A stretch of 64,000 nucleotides of DNA from Marsupella aquatica (taxonomy: Eukaryota; Plantae; Marchantiophyta), in NCBI GenBank assembly GCA_973895155.1, contig OZ316897.1:11927832-11991831 (forward strand). Direction: 5' to 3'. Below are positions 12,230-24,200 of the stretch, one piece after another. Each line of letters opens with the position of its first letter. Within the stretch, counting starts at the first letter, position 1. The notes below the pieces were generated by a model. It did no database searches, was not told the DNA's origin, and saw only the letters and a program-made list of their open reading frames with translations. The translations under genes were made by a program, and so were the position numbers.

Positions 12230-13106
12230 GGCGCCAGGCTGGGCGCACCTTCTCCCATAAAAATGGGTCTACAATATCAAACACACCGTCCTCTATAAGC
12301 AAGGTTTGTGGGTCCGCGATGACAAACAGAGACCCGGTGAGTATTATCATGACACTTTTGCCTCAAACGTACACTTGAGACTTTTCGTGTCCTTGTGGCT
12401 ACTACCTCTATACATAATTTGGAGACTCATTTGTGGGATATTGTCACAGCTTTTCTTAATGCACTCATTCAAGATGGAGTGCATCTCTATGTTCAACCTT
12501 CGCCTGGCTACGAGATTTATGATGCTCAAAGTAATCTTCTGGTTTGGTTATTATTACGTGCACTCTACGGTTTAAAATAGGCTCAATCTAGAACTATCAA
12601 GAACTTAGTACTTTTCTTGAGTTCAACTCATGGATATCATCCTCTGCCATCCGATCCATGTGTATTATAACAATAGGTTGGTGATCTGACTGTTTTATGG
12701 ATGGCCAACATTGTAGGGATTGCCCCTACTTTAGCTTGCATCCACGACATTTATCAGCTTCTTCATCCCCTTATGCACTTTGTGGGATCTAGGGGATTTA
12801 ACTGAGTATTTTGGTTTGTCCATAATTTGTGATCATCCCAATCGTTCTTTATTGTTGAGACAACATACACTGAGAAAATTGTTGAAAGTTTTCATCATTC
12901 TACAATCTTGTCTGCTTGTTACATTTCCAACCACCGAAGTTAACATTTTCCCTATTACTTGTTCTGATCTCTCTCTCGGGCAGCACCATAACTACCAGGC
13001 TATGCTTGGTTTTGTGATGTATCTTGCCAATTGTACCTGGCCGGACATAGCTGAAAGATGCTCTAGGCTCAGTCAATTTGCTCATTGTCTTGCTCTAGAA
13101 CAGTAA
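12230..13106 (+). mobile_element. Degenerate Ty1/Copia reverse-transcriptase (RVT_2) fragment
   Basis: Motifs across frames: KWVYNIK, KQRPGEYYHDTFA, LWDIVTAFLNA, LLRALYGLK*, PSDPC, WDLGDLTEYFGL, YQAMLGFVMYLANCTWPDIA. Several stops and frameshifts. Confidence 0.88.
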
Positions 13107-13579
13107 ATACTAATTAATCCTTTTAAAAGGTCATGGGGCAATGGTTGGCCCTGGCTTAGTGTGTTAATTCAAATAGTTTTCTCATTCATTGGATTAATAA
13201 TTATATTTTTTTTTGGCTGCTTGTGAGGCAACCAATGAGCTAATTTGGCTACGAAGATTGGTGAGTGATCTAGGTCTTTCACCTGAAAGACTGGTGCTGC
13301 TATCTTTGCTTTTGCCTAGAGACACATGACTTTGTGATAGCTCACTTGAGTAGAGATTGATAGGTTTTGGGTTAACTATTGTGGCTGACTCTTCCTTTTC
13401 TGTGGGGTTTCATAGATTTTCCATTTTAAAAAAATAATTAAATTAAATTAAATAGAAGGAAATTAAACAGATTATGAGGTGCAAATAGGACAAACACTAA
13501 AAATAATAATTCTAGAGGGGATGGGCACCCCACACACTCGATTCTTCACAAACAACTGTAAACAATAAAACTAGCTGTG

Positions 13580-14265
13580 AGACTACTGCTCTATGGTGGG
13601 AAAAATTCTCCCTATCCTGTCTTATTAGAAGTGATGGACTATGTATTTTTATATACATATGGTCTAGTCCATGGTCTAGTCTATGCTTTACTTTACATTG
13701 ATTTGAATTTTAGCTATTTCTTCTACCCCTCTAATTTTTCAAGTCCTCATATTAATAATTAGGTTTTATTAGATAGTTAGAAACATATATTCATATACTA
13801 AATTATTTTCTTCCTTAATTAATTATTTTTGTCTGATACTATTCATTACTAGGTGACAAGGTTCATCTCATGCACCAGGCTCAACATGGACACAACAGAA
13901 AGATGCATTGTAGGTTATATATTCATATATTGGTCCAAACATTTCCAATGTTTATATATACACCAACAAGTGTCACTTAAAACAAGAGCCTCTCAAACTA
14001 GAGTAAAAAAATAGCTAGAATACAACATTATCTTATTTCTCTTTTTAATCACATATACCATACCCCTAAGGTACAATTCAATTTAATGCTTGTCTATCAC
14101 CCAGAAAGTAGGGTTGGTACCTCTCCTTGCATTTTTTTCATTTTCTTTTTCAGAGTCATTGTTTCAATATATACATTTGAATAAGAAAGGATAGCTTTTA
14201 TTTCATAACTAGTTAAACTTATCCCTACTCTAGATAGGATACAATGGCATGGTCTTATAACAGCT
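13580..14265 (+). repeat. AT-rich dispersed element family B, copy 1 (about 0.7 kb, non-coding)
   Basis: Shares collinear blocks with 50411-51118: TGTCTTATTAGAAG, CTAGTCTAT, ATGCACCAG, TTGTAGGTTATAT, GTGTCAC, ATACCCCTAAGGTAC, TACATTTGAATA. Confidence 0.65.
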
Positions 14266-15799
14266 TCATATTGTTCACGAACAACTTTGAGCAATAAAAC
14301 CAGTATATAGCAAACCGAAATCCAAACTGGATCTACACGTACTTATTACAAACAGCAGAATTCAAGTGAGACCCTTACATACAGTGAAAACCACCGAGTT
14401 TACGTGCAAGTGCAACCATTCTCGGTGAAGATTGGCATACCAGGTTTTCTAATTGGCCTCATATTGTAGGGGCTCCTTGGTTCACATGCATGTATTCCAG
14501 GATTAATTCGAAACCCTCTGCAGATTGTCTTTTGTCACATGTGTTCAGTTCTATTAATTTACTACTTCCCATTGGATTCCCTACATTGCAATGCCCGCAA
14601 CAAGACTTTCGATTTGATTTATTGATATGCAATGCCCGTCCCAAGGCTTGCTTCCATTCTTGTGACTCAGCTTTCCCACTGCTGCCGTCTCATAAGATTC
14701 GAGCCTACATGCCCACACAAAAATATTTTTTTTTTAATAGGAAAATGCACCCTGAACACTTCAACGTATCTGGCCTTATTTTCAGGTGGATCTTTACCAT
14801 CGGTGGACGGCGGGGAAATGATTGTATCCCTGACTGTATTGCCCTTCTCCAGTTCTCCTAGGCGATATGTTCAGTTCTATCAATCCGTCGGATTCCTTGC
14901 ATTCCAGTCCTCCAGATGTCAGGAATCTCAGCCACCTATTTTCTACGATGCCACATAAATATAAATGGTACATATATCCCCGGCGGAGCTCCCAGCGTTA
15001 TTCCGGATGACGCCAATTGAGTTGGCAAAGAATTAATTACCAATCAGGATCTATGGAATATATAAGTTTATCAGTTCTATTCCCTCTCCATTCGACCTAC
15101 CAATATAATTAATCTTGTCGAAGTACAGAACCTGAACCCGGCCTCTATGATGTAATTCATCGATCGCCATGCCGGCCACGGCCTAGCAAATGCTGCGACA
15201 TATATCACATAGTAATAATCTGCCTTGTCCAGCCATGGCAATCAGAGAGAGCGAAGGAACCCGCGTGGGAGCAGCAGCCAGGCCCGGGACTAGACTTAAT
15301 TTCGACAGATTAACAGCACGCCTCTAGCTCGCTGGGAAGGAACTGACTGCGCGCTCAGCCTTCGCGCGTTTAAGAAGCTGGAGTTCAATCTGAAATCCTT
15401 GCGGCCTTCAAAACTTGGTGAGCAGCACTTCTCTACCTTAGCTGCTATCCACTCCCGCTCTCTCGCAGTAGCTGTACGCGTGCGGTACGTTCGTCTAGCT
15501 TTCTAATCGTTCAGCAGGGGTCTGGTGCTATCTCAGATTCTCGTCATATACGTTCTTCCATGCGAGCGTTGATTGGGGTTGGCGAGTGATCTATTTGTCT
15601 CGGAAGTATAGACAAATAGATCCCGAAATATATATGGTAAAAGCTCCTCTCAGGAACAGTAGGAAGATTTGTACCCGGTGTTCGATCAATCTTCAGGACC
15701 GTCATTGCTTCCATTACTGTGGCATAATGATATGTATGGATTGGGCTGCAGGCTAGGTGACAAACCCACAGGTCCCCCCGGAATTGAGTGAGGACCACC

Positions 15800-18196
15800 A
15801 TGACAGCAAATATGGTCTACACCAGAATGATCGACAATTTGGCATTATTGAGCCAATTCGGGTTCGTTGGTTACAGCAGGAAGAAGGTTGGTGATGCATC
15901 CAGGAATCCAAAATCAGATAAATTACAAACTTCATCTATCCTCCAGCCATGCATCAAGACCTCTTGTACATATTACTTCCTTCTCTTCCTTGTCATAGAG
16001 AAATTCTTCAGGCACGTTTCTGGCCAAACCGGCATCACCTTCGAATTCACAAGCATTAATGATTACGATTGTTCGAGCAATATCATCTGCCGTGTTGGTG
16101 CTCACGTGTACACAGGGGTTCCAATCAGCCAAGTCCACTCTGGAATGTTGTCCTTAACGTATGAGAATCCATCGGCTTCGAGAAGTGGAGGTGGACTCGC
16201 ATTTTACCATGAAAAAGTGAGGTTCAAGGACTCTCAAACAGGGCAGTCGGCTTCCTTCAACACGAGCTTCACAATAGCGCAAGTCATGGAAACCGGTTTA
16301 AGTGGGGATGGCATGACCTTCGTGATCACTTCAAATAACTCACGACATGGTGGTATTGGGGAATTTTTCTGGATATTCAACGCAGATAACAGTACTTTGC
16401 CGGACTTCAAAGCCGTCGTCGTGGAGTTTGATACGTATTACAACCCCGATTATCCCGCTTTGGATATAAATGGAAACCATCTAAGCTTCGACCTCAACTC
16501 GAACCTTAGTTACACTCTAACTCAAGACGCTGCAAAAGCGGGCGTGAACCTGAGTGACCCAAATTATCTGACGTACGCGTGGGTGGAGTACAGCGGCTCG
16601 ACCAACCAGCTGGAGGCGAGAGTAAGCCCCAACAACTCTAGACCCGTCATTCCCCTGCTGAGCTACACACTGAACCTTTCCAATCTGTTGGACGAATACA
16701 TGTGGGTGGGTTTCTCGAGTGCAAATGGTGGCGCCAAGAGCAACTTCTATGTCGGAAATTGGGCATTTGGATCATATGGGATCCTTCCATTTAACCCAGC
16801 TCCATCGAGACCAGCTCCATCCAGCCCAACTCCATCCAGCCCAGCTCCGTCCCGCCCAGCTCAGTCCAGCCCAGCTCTGTCCAGCCCAGCTCCGTCTCCA
16901 CATAAATCACGAGGTACAAATTGGGGCCTTCTACTTGGAACAGCTGTGGGAATACCTGTTGGTCTTCTCGTAGCTTGCATTTACGTTGCTCTAGTTTTTG
17001 TGCAAAGAAGAGCTGATGGTAAAGGAAGATACAGGGGCGGTCTGCTAGGGAAAAGATCAAGTATTGAAGAAGATTTACCCAAGGAATTTTTAGAAGGAAT
17101 GCCCGAGAGATTCAGCTACAAGGAGCTCAGTGCGGCAACTCGAGGCTTTAGCGAGGAAACAAAACTGGGGCAAGGAGGATTTGGGAGTGTATATCGAGGA
17201 GTTTTAAGTTCGTCTGGTAGGGAAGTAGCAGTGAAGAAAATCGATGCTGACTCAACCCAGGGTCAGAAGGAGTTCATGGCTGAGGTTTCAATCATAAGCC
17301 AGCTCAGACATCGAAATCTGATCCAGCTGTGCGGATGGTGTAAGGATGCATCCAAAGCGAAATTTGTGATTGTGTATGAGCTAATGCTAAATGGAAGTCT
17401 GGATAAGGTGTTGTTTCAGCCTGCTGTCCAAATGAAATTGCCTTCTCTGTCATGGTCCCAAAGGTTCAAGATTGTGACTGGCACTGCAGCTGCCCTGGAC
17501 TACTTGCACCAAGGTTGGAAGCAACAGGTCATCCATAGGGATGTCAAGTCCAGCAATATCATGCTCGACAATGAATGGAATCCTAAGCTGGGGGACTTTG
17601 GCCTTGCTCGTTTGGTGGATCATCAAAGGGCAGCGTCCACTACTCTCGTAGCTGGAACCTATGGGTACCTTGCTCCAGAGGCTGCCTTTTCGGGCAGATT
17701 CACAGACAAAACAGATGTGTTTGCTTTCGGTGCCGTAGTTCTGGAGGTTGCTTGTGGGAGGAAAATTATCTTACATAGAGTCCCAGAAGAGGAAGTCCTT
17801 CTGGTGGATTGGGTGTGGAAGAAATTCAGTGAGAACAATCTGCTTAGTACGGTGGACAGGCAACTAGAGGGTGAGTATGACACCCACTGGATGGAGGTGG
17901 TGTTGACTTTGGGGTTGCTTTGTTCTCATCCAGACCCAGAATCTCGTCCTTCTATGAGACATGTCGTTCAGGTACTCGCTGGAGAAGCTCAAGTCCCTTC
18001 GATTCCCACCTTCAAGCCAGACTTTGTGTGGAGGTCGACAAGAAGAGTACCGTCGATCGGCGACAACTCTGATTTCTCTGCAGGTATGGAATCTTTGGGC
18101 ACATTTGAATCTAGATCTGGGCCGATATCCCTTGCTTCTCCGAACATTTGTGACTCAATTCGAGAGAATCGCTGGGAAGACAATATTAACCGCTGA
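15800..18196 (+). CDS. L-type (legume) lectin receptor-like kinase, intronless
   Basis: Lectin motifs ASFNTSF, GDGMTF, VVVEFDTY, AWVEY and YMWVGFSSA; a transmembrane segment; an RD kinase with LGQGGFGSVY, VAVKK, HRDVKSSN, DFGLARL and GTYGYLAPE. First in-frame ATG is at 15800 (ACCACCATG); the true start is uncertain. Confidence 0.95.
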   Translation: MTANMVYTRMIDNLALLSQFGFVGYSRKKVGDASRNPKSDKLQTSSILQPCIKTSCTYYFLLFLVIEKFFRHVSGQTGITFEFTSINDYDCSSNIICRVGAHVYTGVPISQVHSGMLSLTYENPSASRSGGGLAFYHEKVRFKDSQTGQSASFNTSFTIAQVMETGLSGDGMTFVITSNNSRHGGIGEFFWIFNADNSTLPDFKAVVVEFDTYYNPDYPALDINGNHLSFDLNSNLSYTLTQDAAKAGVNLSDPNYLTYAWVEYSGSTNQLEARVSPNNSRPVIPLLSYTLNLSNLLDEYMWVGFSSANGGAKSNFYVGNWAFGSYGILPFNPAPSRPAPSSPTPSSPAPSRPAQSSPALSSPAPSPHKSRGTNWGLLLGTAVGIPVGLLVACIYVALVFVQRRADGKGRYRGGLLGKRSSIEEDLPKEFLEGMPERFSYKELSAATRGFSEETKLGQGGFGSVYRGVLSSSGREVAVKKIDADSTQGQKEFMAEVSIISQLRHRNLIQLCGWCKDASKAKFVIVYELMLNGSLDKVLFQPAVQMKLPSLSWSQRFKIVTGTAAALDYLHQGWKQQVIHRDVKSSNIMLDNEWNPKLGDFGLARLVDHQRAASTTLVAGTYGYLAPEAAFSGRFTDKTDVFAFGAVVLEVACGRKIILHRVPEEEVLLVDWVWKKFSENNLLSTVDRQLEGEYDTHWMEVVLTLGLLCSHPDPESRPSMRHVVQVLAGEAQVPSIPTFKPDFVWRSTRRVPSIGDNSDFSAGMESLGTFESRSGPISLASPNICDSIRENRWEDNINR
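16796..16898 (+). repeat. 15-bp coding minisatellite forming a Pro/Ser stalk (PAPSS-like, about 7 units) in the LecRK
   Basis: CCAGCTCCRTCCAGC-like units encoding PAPSRPAPSSPTPSSPAPSRPAQSSPALSSPAPSP. Confidence 0.85.
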
Positions 18197-18712
18197 GATC
18201 ATTCCGGTTCATACTTTCTTTCGGTGACCAGGTCAGACAGCTCCGCTCGAAACCCGAAACCAGGCTTGCCGACTTCTAGACCAACATTTGGACAGGCTAA
18301 GTAAATATCTCGCGCATGCCGCTACTCACATTGTGGCATCTGATTGGGTCATTGTGGTTCGCTACTTTGATGACCGAGACATCCTCTTAGACTATCATTT
18401 GGACCAAAATGACCCTGCAACATTGGACTGGGCATTGGATTGGATATACGCTTGCAAGCAAGCTTTCTTAGATGTCACAACATTTACGTTACAGCCATCT
18501 GAGACAATTGGGCATCACCGGCCTCACATTCCCAAAAGTGGAGCGTGGGCTGTTTTGGGGCTGGAAGGAAAATGATTCAAAAAAGCACTGCCAAGCCTAA
18601 CTAAGAGTACGTGAATGGCACAAGTGGCAGAACACTAGCTCACGTCCAGCGTCCCCAATGTGATCTGTGATAGGCAAGGCATTAGAGTAGATATATGTGG
18701 GTATCTTTGTAA

Positions 18713-19555
18713 ACAGCTTTCTTGGCAAACGTCAAGGGATTCTTATTGTATGCAACTCCTCATCATGGATCACTGTTGGTGGAATCCAACAAGCATTCCG
18801 TCACAGGGCCGCTGATCACATCGTTAAGATCTCTGGAAGTAGAAACAGCCAGAATGAACGAGGATTTTCGTCATCAGCTCCGCAGGTCACAAGGATGGAG
18901 GACCTTTGGGGTCGTAGGACTGCTCCCCGTAAAATTGGTAAGGCTTTTGCGTTCAACTGTAGTATTGCGTTTCTGCAGATTGATTTAAGAAGTCCTCTTG
19001 GATTCAGAACTAGGATACCGATGAATCTTACTGTCCATCGCAAATTTGCACTGAATTTCAAGTTGAGGTTACTACTGTGGACCTCTCCAGCTCCTGCCGG
19101 ATCAAGTGTGGACTCCTAGCACTCTATTATATATCCTTTCATTACCACCTTATAATTGTGGCACTGAGCGAGGTAATCAGGATGCACTCGACTCACACTC
19201 TCCAAAACCCTCAACATTCTCGTCGGGTTGTGGATGCCTGATATAGATCAAAAACTAAGGTTCCGACGGTCCACTTAGTCCAACAACTTCTGACCAATTC
19301 TGTTTAGGGTTGATTCGATTCTCAAAGATATTCAATAGGGATGTGAATTCTTAAATGCTGATGTTCCTGTTGATCATACTCTGATGCTGACAGAAACTTT
19401 TCGAGGGCATTGTAGTCCCGGAAGCATCAGCAAGATCCGATATGGACGACTTCTATGCAGCTGCTGTAGACCATTACAACATATGTCGACCTGTCAACAA
19501 GCAATCAAGCACCTACCAACTTCTAGTGGATTTCGCCCATCGGTTTGTGACGGAG
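18713..19555 (+). pseudogene. 5'-truncated alpha/beta-hydrolase (HNL-type) gene relic
   Basis: Exon ~18713-18937 (FLANVKGFLLYATPHHGS...ETARMNEDF...GLLPVKL then GTAAGG) and exon 19394-19555 (KLFEGIVVPEASARSDMDDFY...VDHYNICRP...VTE then GT). Intron positions match the copy at 340-1450. Confidence 0.75.
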
Positions 19556-21240
19556 GTACAGGCAACTACTCCCACCTCAGAACTGTAGTTCGAATTAACA
19601 GTAACAAATTGATTACTGTTAGTTGAGCCCATTGTAACATATTTCCTCCACAAGTTTGCACAATTGAATTGATAATCCAACTTTCAGCCTCGATCCAATG
19701 CATGTCAAAAAGTGCGCTCAAGTTCTTTTCAGGTACATTTAACAGAGCTTAGGGAGTTGAGACGACGACTCTAGTCTAGTTCTCGTCTTAATAACCTTGA
19801 CTTCTGCATCTTGTCACAATCCAAAGATCCTGTTTAACTCACCAATATTTTCTTTCAAGGCTTGTCAAATGATTCTTCACGCTCATTTCAGACTACTTCG
19901 CAACTATGGTGAAAATGTGTTGAGCTCCTCTTAACCAAAGTACGACTCTCAATGACCAGAATATGTGCCCAAAGGAGTGCACAGCAACTGCGATGCTCCA
20001 ATCTAATCATCATTAGTAATCACCGTTCCTCAACATTTCAGCAGCGATCCAATTTCAGTGTCCTACCCATGAGAGCTACATGACAACGGGATTGGAGAAT
20101 TTGACTGATGGGCACAATCCTCGAGCAGAATAAACACCTCTGGACAATTATGTAACGTATTCAGGGACGAGTACTAGAATTAAAGACTCGTCACCCCAAC
20201 TTTGCTCACTGAAAATATTTCACAAATAAGCACTTGGGATCTAGTTTAAGTATCCTAAATAGCACCAATGATCCTATTCGTATCCAATAAATGCCAATCT
20301 GGTCCTTCTGAGACCTTTTATAACAGGGCTGTGACAAGTTACATAATGCATCGTGAAGAGGAAACAGGTCAAGAAACCACGCTTCCACCTGTGGATGAGG
20401 TGGTCATGTGTTTGAATAATTGAAAGATTGACTTACTGTGGAGATACTTCTTGTCTACTAGTGATCCCTCTCCTCTTATTGCTATTGAAGCTAGGCACAG
20501 CAGGTCTAGTGAAACAGGCTGACAGTGGACCAAAGCTTTTGATGTGAAGGAGAACGCCAGTTCAAAAATGCAATGAATGAATCTCGTTGTGGGTAAGAGT
20601 CGGGGAGGGTCCTCATGACATTGCGGTATTGGGGTATACAGCAGGCAGAAATTGAATGCACACTACGAGCCATTATTTGTCCTTATTTGCAAAACTTCGC
20701 CAACTTCCACCTTTTTGTAGGAGGGCCAGCTAAATGTACATAGGAAGAAAATTGAAAACAGAGAAGTTTTCCGTCACAGTTTGCCCTTGGCTAGCACCTA
20801 GTAGGCGAGATCGAACAGCTTTCTGTATTTTTGTGCAGATCCAATTGCAGGCCATATATATAGCTGACAAAAATTCCCGATACCCATGACCTAGTAGCCA
20901 GAGTCTCCTTCCTCCACAGCGCAGTAGCCACAGTGGCAATTCAGAATCCTTTGCATTTTACACAGCCCCGAGCATTGTGCATGGCGAGTAGTGACCCACG
21001 TTCCAGTTCTGTCTGTGTCTTTACTCTTCCATGGTGGTTTTTCAGTCCTCTTCAGTCCTTTGTCCGCATGTCTGTTGAAATGCTGCTAAAATGCTCTCTG
21101 CAGACTCTGGAGATAGAGTTCGCATATGTTTTTTTACCTCGTGCAAGAGAAGGATGTGATTACATTTTGGGAATGTTCTCGAGTGATGAGACTGACTAGC
21201 TTGCTGCTCGAGCCGAATTGGTGTCAGGTCAGAGTTGTCC

Positions 21241-24200
21241 TCAAATATTGTAAACCATGCCCACTCCAATGAGCCGGTGGGTCGGTACGTTCAACAAGTT
21301 TACATCGGATCGGCAACATTTACTCAACACATTGTAAGCAACGTTTATCAAGAAGCGCTTGTACCACCTAGACCCTGCCTTCGCTCGTACATCTGAGTGG
21401 CTCATGACATAGACAACCCCTTTCTCCTTGGCGTCATACAAATAGGCTAATTCTTCGATAGTTCTGGCCTGGAAATTATTGGACATGGAAGTACTCTCCT
21501 GTGTGCGAGGAGAGCGCGGAGGGCTTTGGCTGAGGTTTGTCAGCTCTGTTCCACTTGAGGTTGGCATCCAATGTGGCTTGGGAGATGGAGTTTTGACTGA
21601 TGATCGAGATCGTTTGATCTTGTCACCTGTCTTGTTGATGCTGCCTGATTTGATCCTCTGAGCAATCTTGCTGATGATGAGGTCATCAAAGTCTTCGCCT
21701 GCCATCGGCACTTCATTGTACCCATAGCGGATCACAGCTTGATAGACGCCCCTCACTGCCAACGTTCTTAGGAAAACTCTTTCCTCAGGGAGAACACTCG
21801 TCACAGGCGCATACTTGATGCATACAAAGACCAGGATTCGGTGTAAAGCAGGAAGATTCTTGATGAAATGGGAAAAGATCGGTGGGATACCTTTGTGTGA
21901 AGTAGTGTAGAAGAACCCTATGCCTGGTACTCGACTCAAGCGAGTATCATCAACCGCGTCAGCAATAACTTCCTCTAAGTGATCCATGCCCACCATATTT
22001 TTAAGGTCGAATTTGTGTATCTCTAGTGTGCCATACTGCCACACACACATGATGGACAGAATCGCAGCTGCAATAACTAGTGGGACCCATCCTCCAAATG
22101 TTATCTTGTACAAGACAGAGCTCAGGTACAGACCTTCTATGCTTCCAAAGACGCAAAGGAACAAGAGCGCTATCGGCAGGTTGTATTCCCAAACCACTAT
22201 AATGACGAGCGTTGTGAGGCAGGTTGTTATGAACATCACGGACACAACTGCGATTCCTGCACACGTGAAACAAATCCAGAAGGTACGCTTTGTCAAACAG
22301 TGCAGTACATGCAGTTGTGACAGGGTAGTAAGGGTGTGAGAACGGGTAGGTTGGTTAGATCTTTTCAATTTTAACGAGAATTGTAAGTTAACGGCGAGGC
22401 TTGAGTCACTCATAGTTGGCTATAACTAAATCATGAATCATGCAGATGTTGCTTCCGTGTGCTATTTGATGATTTGTCTTTCCTTTCTCGCCATGGCTTA
22501 TTGTTCATGCTCACCGCTATAAAGATGAAGCGATTGACAGTGAACTACTGGGCGAGTACTGAAGCCAAAGATGTGCGTCTCCAAAAAACAAAATTAGAAT
22601 ACATCTACTTCAGTCCAGGAATCCATTTCCAGTAGGAAGTTAAATGTCCACTGTAGGGGAAGAGCGTACCGTACGCATTTCCAATGGATGTTGTTTTTTT
22701 GAAGCCAAGTACTATGGCAACGGCCGCAATCATGAGTGTATAATTGACTGTTGGAATGAAGATCTGCCCCTTGTGCGTCTTAGAGGTGTGAACCACTTCC
22801 ACTCTAGGGAAACAACCAAGATTTAGAGCTTGATTGATCACAGAAAAGGATCCCGATATCATCGCCTGGCTGGCAACAATAGTGGCTAGAGTGGCAACCA
22901 CAAGCATTGGCCAAAACATTGGCTTCGGCGTGGACATAAAGAAGGCGTTCGCAACGTTCTCCGGATGAACTGTCAAATATGCGGCTTGTCCAAAGTACGC
23001 CAGCACAAGGCTCGGGTAAACGACCCCTGCAAAAGCAATCTGCATATCAATGACAATGATCTCAGAAGGGTAAATAGTAATGAATGAAAATAATCTTTTT
23101 GTCAAGGCACACACACAGTCGGCCACTTTGCTTCAGCCACATGGATACTAAGTGAGCCTGATCTTGTGGGCGGTAGTGTGATCATATTAGCTTCTAACCT
23201 GAATGGACCGCGCGTTGAAGTGACCCAAATCTGCAAACATGGCCTCGGTGCCTGCAGCTTGGACAATCGTGTTGCATTTTGTTAAGTGAGACCTGTATTC
23301 TATTTCAATCGAAGCTGTGATCTTGAGGGACATCATCTTCTGGAAGACATCTTATTGACTCCGTACACGGCTTGAACTTCTTTAGCTTTGGGCAGTTTCA
23401 ATGAAATTCTTGAAACTTGAAACAAATGAACCTGACTTGTCTATTTGGAGATTCAAAATGTGGACCTGTAATGCAGAGTACAATTCCCCCGAGCATAATC
23501 CATCCCTTCTTTTTGTTGCGAACTAGAAAGAGAATTCCATAATGGGGTGAACAGGCTTCAAATATACTTGGTCTATACGCGGCGATGTTGTAAATTCCAA
23601 TTCCAGCAATGAGACCGAGCCACACCACGATCACAGGTGCGAATAGGAAACTAACTTTACCCGTACCAAATCTTTGGAGAGTAAATAGTGCAATCAGTAT
23701 TGAGCAAGTAATCAACAGCACTGTATCTGCATCAACCAAATTTGTCACATGTTGAGAAGAGTGATTTCACCAGAACTAATTGAGCTTCGGATGAACATTA
23801 GCATAGAATAGCTCCCCACCCTAACAAGTAAATTTCCAGATTATAAACGCCTAGGGATAGTTGAATGACTGAACACGGAAGAGAGTCGGTGAGGACAAGT
23901 GAAATGAAAAAGCATTTGGATTCCCAATTCTTGAGGGCACTAAGGATACAAAGTTTGTGACTCGTGAGGATGAGGCACTCGACGCAGTCAACAAAGTAAG
24001 GCCCATACCAGGGCTGCCTCTCTGGATCACTCTAATACTGTTATCGCTACTGTTATACAAGCATGGTCCCAGGTTTGTTAGTAGGAATGCGGTTGTGTTT
24101 CATGAAGCCCTAGTTCTGTTCAAAGCAATTCTTGAACATGAACTGTTCAAATCTAAGACTCAGCTCTTGCCCATTTATTTAACAGCTCTTCTCTTGGTAT

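Noticed and set aside
14459-14705. Kinase-like words AAVGKLSHKN and LILEYM on the minus strand
   Set aside because: Short, in different frames, and not accompanied by other kinase subdomains.
18288-18575. 95-aa ORF between the LecRK and the hydrolase relic
   Set aside because: No ATG start and no recognisable domain or splice link.
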